From Desulfurococcales archaeon (GTDB lineage: Archaea > Thermoproteota > Thermoprotei_A > Sulfolobales > NBVN01): a DNA stretch of 54,086 bases. Numbering within the stretch: position 1 is the first letter of the stretch; every line of letters begins with the position of its first letter. Under the pieces are notes generated by a model, which saw only the letters and a list, made by a program, of their open reading frames with translations, was not told the DNA's origin and made no database searches. Positions 27,001-34,900 of this stretch are shown here, piece after piece. The stretch spans positions 1 through 54,086 of the forward strand of contig WAOL01000090.1 of NCBI GenBank assembly GCA_015521295.1, given 5' to 3'. Position numbers and translations under genes: made by a program.

Positions 27001-27961
27001 CGTACTCAACGTCATCGCGGCGGATCTAGCAGGGAACATTATATCTAGGAACATGACGTTCTACGTAGATACGACCCCACCTAAGGTTAAGGTACTAATG
27101 CCCGAGAACGGTTCATACGTGAACACCACGGACGTAGTAATTAATGTAAGTGCTGCCGATAACCTGTGCCTCGCATCAGTAATTGCGTACGTCAACGGCT
27201 CGCCTGTAAAGCTAGTTAGTGGGGCAGGTAAGTATGAGGCACCTGGCGAGGGCGAATACGTCCTTAAGGTAAGTGCAAGGGACTGCGCAGGGAACGAAGC
27301 CTCCAGCAACGAGGTTTTCCACGTGGACTTAACCCCTCCATCCATAACGTTCATCAAGCCTAGGGCGAGTACCGTGGTTAGGACGCCCTTCCAGCTAAGC
27401 GCTAGTGTTAAGGACAATTACGGCGTGCGACTTATCTACGTCACTGTGGACGGTAAGGTGATCAAGGAATTCCGCCTCACGCAACCCCAGATTAGGTATG
27501 GAGTTAACGTAAGCATTTCTGACCTGCAGGAAGGTTCCCACCGCCTCACTATCGTGGTTGAGGACGTAGCGGGGAATGTTGGTAAGGGTAGTGTCACATT
27601 AACAATTGATAATACGCCACCAGCGATATACTACATTAATGGAACTAAGTCATTCACTGAAGGAACCCTTAGGTTAGTGTTCAGGGTTAGTGAGCCGGTC
27701 AGTATGTTTAAAGCCTTGGTTGACGGACGCATAGCAAAGGTGTTTAGGGTCGGGGATAATGAATGGGCAATCAAGTTAAGTGACCTAAGCCCTGGAAAAC
27801 ATAACATTACAGTGATTGCCAAGGATTTGGCGGGCAATGTCGGTACGCTTAAATTAATCATCAGTATTAGCCATGCATACGTGCTTTGGGCGGTCGCCAT
27901 AGTGTTGGGGTTAGTGATCATAGTTATAATCGCACTATATTTACGGAGAAAAGGGGAGTGA
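24017..27961 (+). CDS. Large surface protein: C25 (gingipain)-like peptidase-type domain, seven Ig-like repeats and a C-terminal TM anchor
   Basis: Signal peptide from the ATG at 24017 (MPLARCTRRKALVPVAAITLILLLSF). LLLAGDVDVVPT, DQYYAFLDG, LYVGRLPAST, a His candidate in SAAHGIP and a Cys candidate in LESCLTGYYD resemble the C25 layout. Repeated D-x-AGN...VD-x-TPP units follow. The C-terminus is YVLWAVAIVLGLVIIVIIALYLRRKGE. Confidence 0.6.
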   Translation: MPLARCTRRKALVPVAAITLILLLSFITPSVAPSLRQRDNPINYALARNGFIGLPAIAPLPTLVPAPTATGFIGNMSAVVTISDQSPPPIPKSVSYPGGPGTILILPQSTLTPQYLKSLGTRFEYVVVTSSALLQSVIPLAAIHAAEGMNVLVTTMDWIKAHFPAKKPCDSLRDFARFAHYGLGAVYLLLAGDVDVVPTAYWYSEDLFLEAGEDAYKATDQYYAFLDGNWDPNGNGKLLETLDTNGDNIPDENLEPLPDSVPDLYVGRLPASTPSQMKALVNDIISYLTNPPPGNWVKKAILVATIANFRNESGANVPKVDLAQVAQYVYRLLLPYNYTVIRVYQDKGLEATTYPHEVSLTHSNVVKLLSEGSGLLYSAAHGIPLAQGMKVWLNDTNGNGIPDRNEIAFRYFLQVWDPVDNHGRKFLAYLESCLTGYYDFSQDSLAEYLLRHSAIAVVASSRVSYYQVPWPGPGGWLDQELAYLFWKELTSNADWKPGPALELSKYEYIKEHGGNASAMKFMSKKDLLDYNLLGDPAITVWVGEPLRLNMTYGGLRAGTSNKIIVQDAAGRPVAKVLVAMYNAFTGNLLAYSYTDSSGVATLNIPPIQHNTKVYIVARKDGYTYVFRTAYVAYIGAPPVINLNSPNNGTIYGAVVPVLAHIVDPDGNVTEVNVTIKGPGLNLTKSYAPRKAEFTVNFTVRISESGAYTVTVSAVDNDGNRVAVKRVFLVDVTPPTITVEGIRNSSITSKAGGVIRIRVEDTSGVKYVEVTLDGKVIAREWNLSKSTTFNVTIPSNEGPHALLIVAEDNARNVAHEVILFYVDLTPPTIGAYPAINNSVVNQHVVKSLIITCNDNYRVAYVTVYVDGKLSLNVSRYELKSVNLSELSDGQHNITIMAFDAAGNSKRVTLLFYADSTPPSVRLAGITSGAYINKSSLALQTIIHDNIGLKYVKILLNGKNILERTFTKGNISAYREALHGTTNVDLKLTLSLSDGHYVLNVIAADLAGNIISRNMTFYVDTTPPKVKVLMPENGSYVNTTDVVINVSAADNLCLASVIAYVNGSPVKLVSGAGKYEAPGEGEYVLKVSARDCAGNEASSNEVFHVDLTPPSITFIKPRASTVVRTPFQLSASVKDNYGVRLIYVTVDGKVIKEFRLTQPQIRYGVNVSISDLQEGSHRLTIVVEDVAGNVGKGSVTLTIDNTPPAIYYINGTKSFTEGTLRLVFRVSEPVSMFKALVDGRIAKVFRVGDNEWAIKLSDLSPGKHNITVIAKDLAGNVGTLKLIISISHAYVLWAVAIVLGLVIIVIIALYLRRKGE
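25919..27880 (+). repeat. Seven tandem Ig-like domain repeats (86-105 aa each) inside the surface protein CDS
   Basis: The in-frame motif (V/A/I)D-x-TPP recurs at 26201, 26477, 26750, 27065, 27323 and 27605, with a related GAPPV at 25919. Each is preceded by a D-x-(A/D)GN block (VDNDGN, EDNARN, FDAAGN, ADLAGN, RDCAGN, EDVAGN, KDLAGN). Confidence 0.7.
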
Positions 27962-28015
27962 ATCCCTAGATCTTCCTTTATTAGGGTGCTCACGCTGATT
28001 TAACGCGGTTCTAAA

Positions 28016-29566
28016 ATGACAATTGCTGGCCTAGCTGCGGCGCTGTCGATACTACTGGCCCTAGTGGGTTCCCTACTTAATTTAAGGTGGATAAGGCTAG
28101 GCAGCACTGTCTTCCTAGCCGGAACCCTAGTTCTTTTCATGAGGGTTACTTACTCGTTACTTCACTTGAGCGGGCTCTCTAGTGTTACGGCAGTGCAGGC
28201 TGTCTTTATCGCGTCGCTCTGCGTAGTGTGGGCTACGGCGGCGTCACGCGCACTCGCTATGGGAAAGGTCAGTGATGTTAGGTCCGTGTTTCTTGCCGCA
28301 GCACCTTCCTTTTGCATATTGGTGTTGCTGGCAATATTGATTGGTTCCGGCACGTTACATGCTGTGTTAATTGATGCCTGCGTCGTTGCCTTAGTAGGGA
28401 TTATTCTCGCGTCTAGGGGGCGCAGGCCTCACGGGTTGGGACGTTTCGTGGCTGCGGTGTTGTTACCTGCGTCCTTACTTATTCATACCTCTAGCGTCGT
28501 TGGAGCCGAGCTTAGTGAGAGTAGCCTTAAGATTGTCATTCCCCTACTTGGATATGCCGTACTCGCTGCTGTTGTGCCTGCTCACCCGTGGTTTTTGAGG
28601 GTAGTTACCGAGCGTGATGACGCATTCATAACTGCGGCGGCGGTAAGCGTTGTTTATCTGGGTTACTTCGGACTGACCTTAGGGTTAAGTGAGGTTGCGG
28701 ATGACGTGACGCTCTGGGCTTTCAGCATGTTGGGCTTCGTGACGTTGTTTTACGCGTCTGCACACGCCTTTGCGAGGCGTGATTTAGGTGGATGCATCGC
28801 ATACTATGTCTCAGCAACCACGGGATTTTTCCTGTCCTTCACCAGCATCTTAATGTTGTTTAGGGTCGACACCGCTATGCTCACTGCCGCGGTTGTGGGT
28901 GCTGGCCCGGTAATGTTCGTGCCCGCAATCCTACCTCCTGCTGCCCGTCGGCCGAAGTCGGGGGTTTCACACACTCTAACTTCCGCGCTACTTCCTACGC
29001 TGGCCTTACTGTTGGCTTCGGGTGCCTTTCCCTCAATAAGTCTTGCTGGTAGAGCTTTGCTGGCGGCGACACTTTCGGGTTTGCAGGGATTGTCTTCCAC
29101 ACCGGTACTGGGTTTGCTCGTACTTAGCGTAGCGATGCTCTCGGCGGCAGTAACTAACTCCCTTAAGTTTAGGATAAGGTCGTGGGCTATGCTGGCTTCG
29201 CCGTTATTTATGAACGCATCGTTAACTCTGATTCTTTTTTGCGTCCTGCTATGGTTGTTACTAGGCCCGCTCACATTAAGTGTTGCTCAGTTCATGCCTT
29301 GGTTGCTCTTAATAGGTTTTGCCTCAGGCTTTAGTGCTTGGCTTCTTGTGTGGCATGAAGTTCTAGGTGGTTTTCTGGAGAGGGTCTTCACACACCTTCC
29401 TAGTGCCGTAGTTAGTCTTGAGAGGAGATTCAGATATACTGCCGAAGGAATTATTGAATTACTGGAGGTTGTCGAGACAGAGGAAAGGTTCCTTGCTACC
29501 CTATCCCTACTGGTTCTGCTCGCGGCTACCGCGGTAGTGATACTTTTCGGGGGTGTCATGCCGTGA
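28016..29566 (+). CDS. Divergent antiporter-like (NuoL/M/N-MrpA/D superfamily) polytopic membrane protein
   Basis: A 516-aa protein with about 14 TM segments. Degenerate remnants of Proton_antipo_M motifs are present: PAHPWFLRV (compare HxWLPxA) and RRDLGGCIAYYVSATTGF (compare DxKRxxAYSSxxxxG). Confidence 0.45.
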   Translation: MTIAGLAAALSILLALVGSLLNLRWIRLGSTVFLAGTLVLFMRVTYSLLHLSGLSSVTAVQAVFIASLCVVWATAASRALAMGKVSDVRSVFLAAAPSFCILVLLAILIGSGTLHAVLIDACVVALVGIILASRGRRPHGLGRFVAAVLLPASLLIHTSSVVGAELSESSLKIVIPLLGYAVLAAVVPAHPWFLRVVTERDDAFITAAAVSVVYLGYFGLTLGLSEVADDVTLWAFSMLGFVTLFYASAHAFARRDLGGCIAYYVSATTGFFLSFTSILMLFRVDTAMLTAAVVGAGPVMFVPAILPPAARRPKSGVSHTLTSALLPTLALLLASGAFPSISLAGRALLAATLSGLQGLSSTPVLGLLVLSVAMLSAAVTNSLKFRIRSWAMLASPLFMNASLTLILFCVLLWLLLGPLTLSVAQFMPWLLLIGFASGFSAWLLVWHEVLGGFLERVFTHLPSAVVSLERRFRYTAEGIIELLEVVETEERFLATLSLLVLLAATAVVILFGGVMP

Positions 29567-30333
29567 GAAGGTACCGAAGGTTGCTTGCCGTTTTAGCGGT
29601 TGTAGCGGCTTCGCTCGCTATGGCTTGCCTGGCGACATTGAAGGGCGTCACGTTACTTCCTGTTAGGGTCAAGTTGGGTGAGGCCGGGGCTTACTACGTC
29701 ACGCATTCGTACGTGATTGGTTTTAGCTTGTGGGTGCGCTCCGTCGTGAATGCCGTTATCTGGGATTTCAGGGCTGCGGACACGTTCTTTGAGACCGCAG
29801 TCCTCTTCGCCGCGTTGCTTGCCGCGCTCACGTTTACTGCGGAGCTAAGCGGAGGCCCACGAAGGGCAGGAAAGGAGGTGAGACTCTCACCAGTCGTCAC
29901 TACGGTGCTTAAGCTGTCGCTTCCCTTAGCGCTTGCTGTGGCTGGGGGGTTGGCTCTGGAAGGTCATCTCTCACCGGGTGGTGGTTTTCAGTCTGGCGCG
30001 GTTGTCGCGGTCATGGCTTTTCTGTTCATGGCCGCCTACGGCGTAGCTACTGGCTGGTTTGGCCGTGTTAGAACCCTGCTCCTTACTAGGAGCGCAGCGT
30101 TACTGGCTCTCTCCGTGCTCGCCGTAGCGCCGGCCATCATAGGAATGCTGTATGGTTTAGGTCCCTACGCTTTAACCGGGAGGCCTGTGCCCAAGCTAGT
30201 GGTTCCTGGGTGTTGTGTGGTTCCCGTGTACACCGTATTGCTTAACGTTTTCGAGGCGATCGCCGTTGGGGCCGCCTTTACTCTTGTCGGTCTTATCGTG
30301 TGGTCGTCAATAGGTGGTGAGGACAATGAATGA
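29563..30333 (+). CDS. mrpB: MnhB/MrpB-like membrane subunit
   Basis: WDFRAADTFFETAVLFAALLA (compare RGxDTxgE) and SPGGGFQSGAVVAV (compare GGGFqgG). The start GTG overlaps the upstream stop as GTGA. Confidence 0.65.
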   Translation: MRRYRRLLAVLAVVAASLAMACLATLKGVTLLPVRVKLGEAGAYYVTHSYVIGFSLWVRSVVNAVIWDFRAADTFFETAVLFAALLAALTFTAELSGGPRRAGKEVRLSPVVTTVLKLSLPLALAVAGGLALEGHLSPGGGFQSGAVVAVMAFLFMAAYGVATGWFGRVRTLLLTRSAALLALSVLAVAPAIIGMLYGLGPYALTGRPVPKLVVPGCCVVPVYTVLLNVFEAIAVGAAFTLVGLIVWSSIGGEDNE

Positions 30334-30739
30334 AGTGGACCTCTTCCTTCTGAACTTAGCTATGGCTTCGTTGCTAGTGTCGGTGGGGATAGGTATTGCC
30401 GGTATTATACTCAGGAGGAACGTTGTTAAGAAAGTGATTTGCTTGGGGATAGTCAGCGACGCCGTAGCGGTGCTACTAGCATTTATAGGCTTCAGAGTTA
30501 AGTACCCCTCACTCCCTCCCGTCTGGCTGTTTGAGGAGAGTAATGGGCTAGAGCACGCATTGAAGGTCTTCGTGGATCCCTTGCCTCAAGCTCTCGTCGT
30601 CACCTCTATTATAATAGGTGTGGCATTCACGCTGTTCCTGTCAGTGGCCATCGTGAGGTTCTATGAAGACTACGGCACGCTGAGTTTCGAAAGGGTGCTT
30701 GAGGAAGTTGAGGGAGAGGTTGAGGAGGGTAGTGAGTAA
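30314..30739 (+). CDS. mrpC: MnhC/MrpC (NuoK-like) membrane subunit
   Basis: ILRRNVVKKVICLGIVSDAVAVLL and DPLPQALVVTSIIIGVAFT match the conserved MrpC blocks. An alternative start is the ATG at 30326. Confidence 0.75.
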   Translation: MVRTMNEVDLFLLNLAMASLLVSVGIGIAGIILRRNVVKKVICLGIVSDAVAVLLAFIGFRVKYPSLPPVWLFEESNGLEHALKVFVDPLPQALVVTSIIIGVAFTLFLSVAIVRFYEDYGTLSFERVLEEVEGEVEEGSE

Positions 30740-32232
30740 TGCAGGTCGTGCAGGTCGTGTCCCCAGCGCCGTTGCTATGCGTCGCTATTCTCACACCGGT
30801 CGTCACGGTATTCACGTTACTCGTAGCTAAGGTCATGCGTAACGCCCCACTAGCTACTACCCTTTTCTGGAGTGGACTAGTAGCCGAGCTCGCTGTGTCG
30901 GTGCTGGTGGCTTTACGGGTTTTTGCTGGTGAGGTGCTTGTTTATGCTTTTGGTGGGTGGCCCCCACCAGCAGGCGTGGTACTCATGGCTAACCATGTTG
31001 CCGGCGTGTTCCTTCTCGTTGGTATTACCGTTATTTTTGCCTGTGCTATTGCTTTGAAGTGGTTCTTGCGTGACTCGAGTGCTGACTTAGTGACCGCATA
31101 TGCTTTCATGCTGCTCTTTGCTTCCGGTTATGCAGGGGTCGTGTTAACTACTGACTTATTTAATGTTTACGTAATGATAGAGTTACTCTGCATTTCATCA
31201 TTCGCCTTAGTCTCCTTGAGGAGGGGAAGAGCCATCGCTGCTGCCCTGAAGTACGCTGTGTTCGGTGGCGTAGCGGGCTTGATGCTCGCATTGTCTGCTG
31301 GCGTAATGTACGGCTTAAGCGGCTCGATGTACTTTGGTGATATTTCCCTCGCTAGTGTAACTGGCTTAGGTGTGATGGGAGGTGTTGCCGCGTTAATGAC
31401 CGTGTGGTCGCTTTCGTTCTTCTCTGCCTTATTTCCGAGCCATTTCTGGCTCCCTGACGCTCATTCCGAAGCAGTACCTCCGTTCTCCGCAATACTTTCT
31501 GGCGTGAGCGTCTTTACGGGGTTCTATGTGCTGGTCAGGTTGACTGCTGTAGGGTTAAGCCCTATGGGTTTCGTGGCACCGTTGATTCAAGTACTGGCGC
31601 AGATCGGGGCCCTCTACGCCGCGGTAGCCATGCTCGTGCAGAGGGACGTTAAAAGAATGCTAGCCTATAGTACTGTCTTGAACACTGCGTACATGTTCAT
31701 GGGGTTAGCTGCTGGTGTGGGTGGTGTCTCGGCTGCGTTACTTCACGCCCTCACTCACGCGTTGGGCAAGGCACTGGCTTTCCTCTCCATCGGGATGTTG
31801 GTTAAGTGGGTTGGGTCTAGGGATATCTACGTTTTAGAGGGCATGGGTAGGGCCGTGCCCAGCGTGCTCATACCGCTTACAGCCAGCATACTGAACCTAG
31901 TGGGCGTTCCCCCATTTCCTGGCTTCATAAGTAAGGTTACCCTTTATGGGGCGCTAATAGCTCACGGGTCCTTATCGGCAGCCTTAGTACTCGTCCTAAC
32001 TTCCGGTGTTGCTGCATTATCTTATATTAGATTACTTGAGCACCTTTGGCATTCCCCAGTGAAGCACGTAGGAGTATTCAAGTTACCCCTTACTATGTCC
32101 TTTGCCATCTACGGCCTAATGGCGGCGATGGTTCTGCTGAGCGTGGCGTGCACGCCGCTAGTGAGGATCTTCAACGATGCACTTGATGTTCAGCACATCG
32201 TATACTCCCTAGTGGAGTCAGTGATGCCCTAG
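30739..32232 (+). CDS. mrpD: MrpD/NuoN-like proton-conducting antiporter subunit
   Basis: HFWLPDAHSEAVPPFSAILSGV, QRDVKRMLAYSTVLNTAYMFMG and THALGKALAFLSIG are Proton_antipo_M signatures. The start overlaps the upstream stop as TAATG. Confidence 0.8.
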   Translation: MQVVQVVSPAPLLCVAILTPVVTVFTLLVAKVMRNAPLATTLFWSGLVAELAVSVLVALRVFAGEVLVYAFGGWPPPAGVVLMANHVAGVFLLVGITVIFACAIALKWFLRDSSADLVTAYAFMLLFASGYAGVVLTTDLFNVYVMIELLCISSFALVSLRRGRAIAAALKYAVFGGVAGLMLALSAGVMYGLSGSMYFGDISLASVTGLGVMGGVAALMTVWSLSFFSALFPSHFWLPDAHSEAVPPFSAILSGVSVFTGFYVLVRLTAVGLSPMGFVAPLIQVLAQIGALYAAVAMLVQRDVKRMLAYSTVLNTAYMFMGLAAGVGGVSAALLHALTHALGKALAFLSIGMLVKWVGSRDIYVLEGMGRAVPSVLIPLTASILNLVGVPPFPGFISKVTLYGALIAHGSLSAALVLVLTSGVAALSYIRLLEHLWHSPVKHVGVFKLPLTMSFAIYGLMAAMVLLSVACTPLVRIFNDALDVQHIVYSLVESVMP

Positions 32233-32289
32233 GGGATAACATTTCATAGGTGCGGCCCGTGCGGTTAGAGCTTAAAACAGTCCTTAGCA

Positions 32290-32988
32290 TCAGTGCGGTA
32301 AAAACATCTTGAGTAACAACACTGCTATGAAGCTCGACGCGCTTATGAGTACGTTGTCATCTATGGGGTTAAATTCGTAGTGCTCGACGAAGGATGCCAG
32401 AGCAGCTATGGGCACGCCCCATAGGCTGTTCAGGAGTAGCACACCTATTGGCGCGCAGACGGCGAACATTGCGATGTTACCCCACCATGACTTGGTACGT
32501 TTCTTGAACATTGTGTTCCTGATTACGCCCGTTGCTGCATCACCGAATGCCATGAAGAGTATGGGGATTAACGCGTATACGGGGCTACCCAGTATAAACC
32601 ATGCCAGTAGCATTGAGACGCCCCACATCAGGCAGAAGTTAACCTCGAACATATTATCCTCAACTTGGAACCAGTCCATCAGCTCGCCCCTCTTGTGGGG
32701 TATGTAGGTGAAGATCGCCATTATCATCGCTATTATGAACGGTATTATGGGGGACGTAAATAGGAAAGGAACCAGAAGCGCCACGACGCCACCGGCAAAA
32801 ACATGAATTAACTTCCTGTTGTAGTAGACGGCAACGTTATGCTTCATCCCTCTCGAACGCATGAAGTCATACACGAACTTCGTTGCCCGCACCACGGCGA
32901 CCACATAGATAAGCATTACTACCGCGAACACTGCCTCAAGCACTAGGTTTTTAGGGGTTAGGACTTCCCAGTGGAGGCCTATTTCCAA
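32290..32988 (-). CDS. Polyprenol (dolichol/phytol) kinase family membrane protein (COG0170-like)
   Basis: NRKLIHVFAGG, AFGDAATGVIRN...KSWWGNIAMF and PIDDNVLIS match the CTP-dependent polyprenol kinase motif order. About 7 TM segments. Confidence 0.55.
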   Translation of the reverse strand: MEIGLHWEVLTPKNLVLEAVFAVVMLIYVVAVVRATKFVYDFMRSRGMKHNVAVYYNRKLIHVFAGGVVALLVPFLFTSPIIPFIIAMIMAIFTYIPHKRGELMDWFQVEDNMFEVNFCLMWGVSMLLAWFILGSPVYALIPILFMAFGDAATGVIRNTMFKKRTKSWWGNIAMFAVCAPIGVLLLNSLWGVPIAALASFVEHYEFNPIDDNVLISASSFIAVLLLKMFLPH

Positions 32989-33239
32989 CGAAATGCACCC
33001 TCTAAGACGTTATGGTAACGTGAAGGGTTTTTATGGGTGTGGGTTCCTAATCCCACCTTAAACACTGTTTACAACGATGAAGCAAGTACTGTGTCAGACC
33101 GGATTCATACTTCATTACCCCCGTGTAGGGGTTCAAGGCCCCCCAACACATCATCCAAATATATTACAGAGAGTAGTGAGAGGTAACTTTAATTCGGTGG
33201 TACCCACCCCTCCTTACGGTTGCGGGATCAAGGATTGGG

Positions 33240-34157
33240 ATGGTGCCGATGCAGGTCGCAACATTAGGTATGTTAATGAGTGTGGGTGCTGCCGTGGCGT
33301 GGGCCGTGACGCCCGCCCTAATCAAGGTGGGGCTCAGGTACCTTAATGACCCCGTATTATTTACTGGGATCAGGTTCATGACCTCACTCGCTCTCTTCAC
33401 CCCAGTCATACTTTTCCTAGGCTTCTCAGGTGATGTGTTCAGGCCCGTCGTAGCGTTAATGATTGTTGTGTCTGCTGTGCTCGGTCCTGGCTTAGGTGAT
33501 ATTGCCTATGCGTACGCCATAAGGGAGTTAGGCACTGGTTTGGCAGTCCTCATCTCGTATCAATACATACTGGTGGCTCAGTTAAGCGCTATTGCTTTAC
33601 TAGGAGAGCGGGAGAACATCATGGTACTGGCGCTGACTCCCATAGCGCTTTTCGGAGTGTACCTTGCTGTGCGGGACGAGGGGAAAAGGCGTGAAGGTGG
33701 GCTTAGTCGTGCCGGAGTGCTCTTTGGGGCTGCAGCGGCCGTGTTCTGGGGGATGAGCGTTGATGCCGTGTCTTACGTTGCTAAGTACTCTAGTGTGGAT
33801 CCTTTTACCCTGGCCTTCGTTAGGTCGGTGGTGCTTGCGCCAGTACTTCTCACCGTAGGTTTCCTTAGGGTTAGGAGACGCTCGGGAGTTAGGGAGACCA
33901 TAACGCGTTCGGGACTCCTGCGAGGTATGCTCTTTGGGATGGCGTCGGGTGTAGTTGCATATTTCATTGGTTTCTCACTCTTCGTGGTAGCCATTAGGGA
34001 TATCGGTGTGTTGGTGCCTACGCTAGCAACCGCCCTCACACCGGTGTTAACGCAGTTTATTTCTGCAGGAACCATCGGTGAAGCTCTCACGCGAGGCAGA
34101 TTAGCTGGGTCCATAATCGTGGGGTTCGCTCTGGCCATGGCTTCGTTGATGCCATAG
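33240..34157 (+). CDS. EamA/DMT-superfamily transporter
   Basis: A 305-aa protein with 10 TM segments arranged as two EamA-like halves. The N-terminus VGAAVAWAVTPALIKVGL is typical. Confidence 0.75.
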   Translation: MVPMQVATLGMLMSVGAAVAWAVTPALIKVGLRYLNDPVLFTGIRFMTSLALFTPVILFLGFSGDVFRPVVALMIVVSAVLGPGLGDIAYAYAIRELGTGLAVLISYQYILVAQLSAIALLGERENIMVLALTPIALFGVYLAVRDEGKRREGGLSRAGVLFGAAAAVFWGMSVDAVSYVAKYSSVDPFTLAFVRSVVLAPVLLTVGFLRVRRRSGVRETITRSGLLRGMLFGMASGVVAYFIGFSLFVVAIRDIGVLVPTLATALTPVLTQFISAGTIGEALTRGRLAGSIIVGFALAMASLMP

Positions 34158-34222
34158 CTACTGCGCATTAATTACTTTGTTTTGAGGTAAGTATTTCTAG
34201 GCGGCATTAAGGGGTCTCAAGT

Positions 34223-34900
34223 ATGAGGGAACACATAGGCCTTGAAGAGAGAGTTAAGAAGTTAGCGTTAGAGGCTGGTTGCGGCGATGCTAAGGTATTG
34301 ACTAGTAAGTATTTCCCAGGCATCGCGACGATTCCGTGGCTAAACATGGTGCTTGTTTCCGAGGCCGTTGCGCGGAGCCTCAATGATGATTATTTGAGAG
34401 CGATACTAGCACATGAGGCTTACCACCTAACAATGGTTAAGGATCGAAGGAGGTTACTGCGTAACTTACTCACGAGTATCTGTGGTTACATGTTGTTAGT
34501 TGATGTTGTCCTACTCATCACTGCTGTCCCATTATGGTTATTGATCAACGCACCTTTATCGAATAACCCACTTTACGAGATTCTAGTTGCGATAATGACC
34601 GCATTCATCATACTGACCGCTTTCCCTTATGCGTCACTAATCGTGCGGAAGCTTGAGTCAAAGCTCATGCAGTGGATTCCCTTTGGGGCTGAGGAGGCTG
34701 AGGCTAATGCTCACGCTGCGCGAGTGGTTGGTGAGGCGACGTTCGTGGAGGCGGTAATTAAGTATAGTGAGGCGTTGAGGAGTGCTGTAAAGGATCTTGG
34801 TCTGCTTGGGAGGTTATTTATAAATTCCATTCGCATTGCTGAGGCTGTGAACCCTCACCCAATGCCTGATGAGGTGGTGGGTGGTGAGCGACGTGAGTAG
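34223..34900 (+). CDS. M48-like (HtpX/Ste24-type) membrane zinc metalloprotease, short form
   Basis: LNDDYLRAILAHEAYHL contains HExxH in the M48 context, followed by hydrophobic segments and NPHPMPDE (compare THPP). Confidence 0.5.
   Translation: MREHIGLEERVKKLALEAGCGDAKVLTSKYFPGIATIPWLNMVLVSEAVARSLNDDYLRAILAHEAYHLTMVKDRRRLLRNLLTSICGYMLLVDVVLLITAVPLWLLINAPLSNNPLYEILVAIMTAFIILTAFPYASLIVRKLESKLMQWIPFGAEEAEANAHAARVVGEATFVEAVIKYSEALRSAVKDLGLLGRLFINSIRIAEAVNPHPMPDEVVGGERRE

Noticed and set aside
27962-28015. Short dyad CCCTA-n13-TAGGG after the surface-protein stop as a terminator separating it from the Mrp-like genes.
   Set aside because: The stem is only 5 bp with a 13-nt loop and no clear oligo-T tract. 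That is too weak to decide whether the surface protein gene and the Mrp-like genes are separate transcription units.
33039-33142. tRNA-like T-arm look-alikes: GTGGG-TTCCTAAT-CCCAC (33039-33056) and GGGG-TTCAAGG-CCCC (33128-33142).
   Set aside because: The first has an 8-nt loop, and I could find no complementary acceptor 5' strand. For the second, the best acceptor pairing (TGTGT/ACACA) spans only 61 nt with no credible D or anticodon arms. They are not tRNAs. The ORFs 33077-33346 and 33164-33409 in this divergent promoter region also look spurious.
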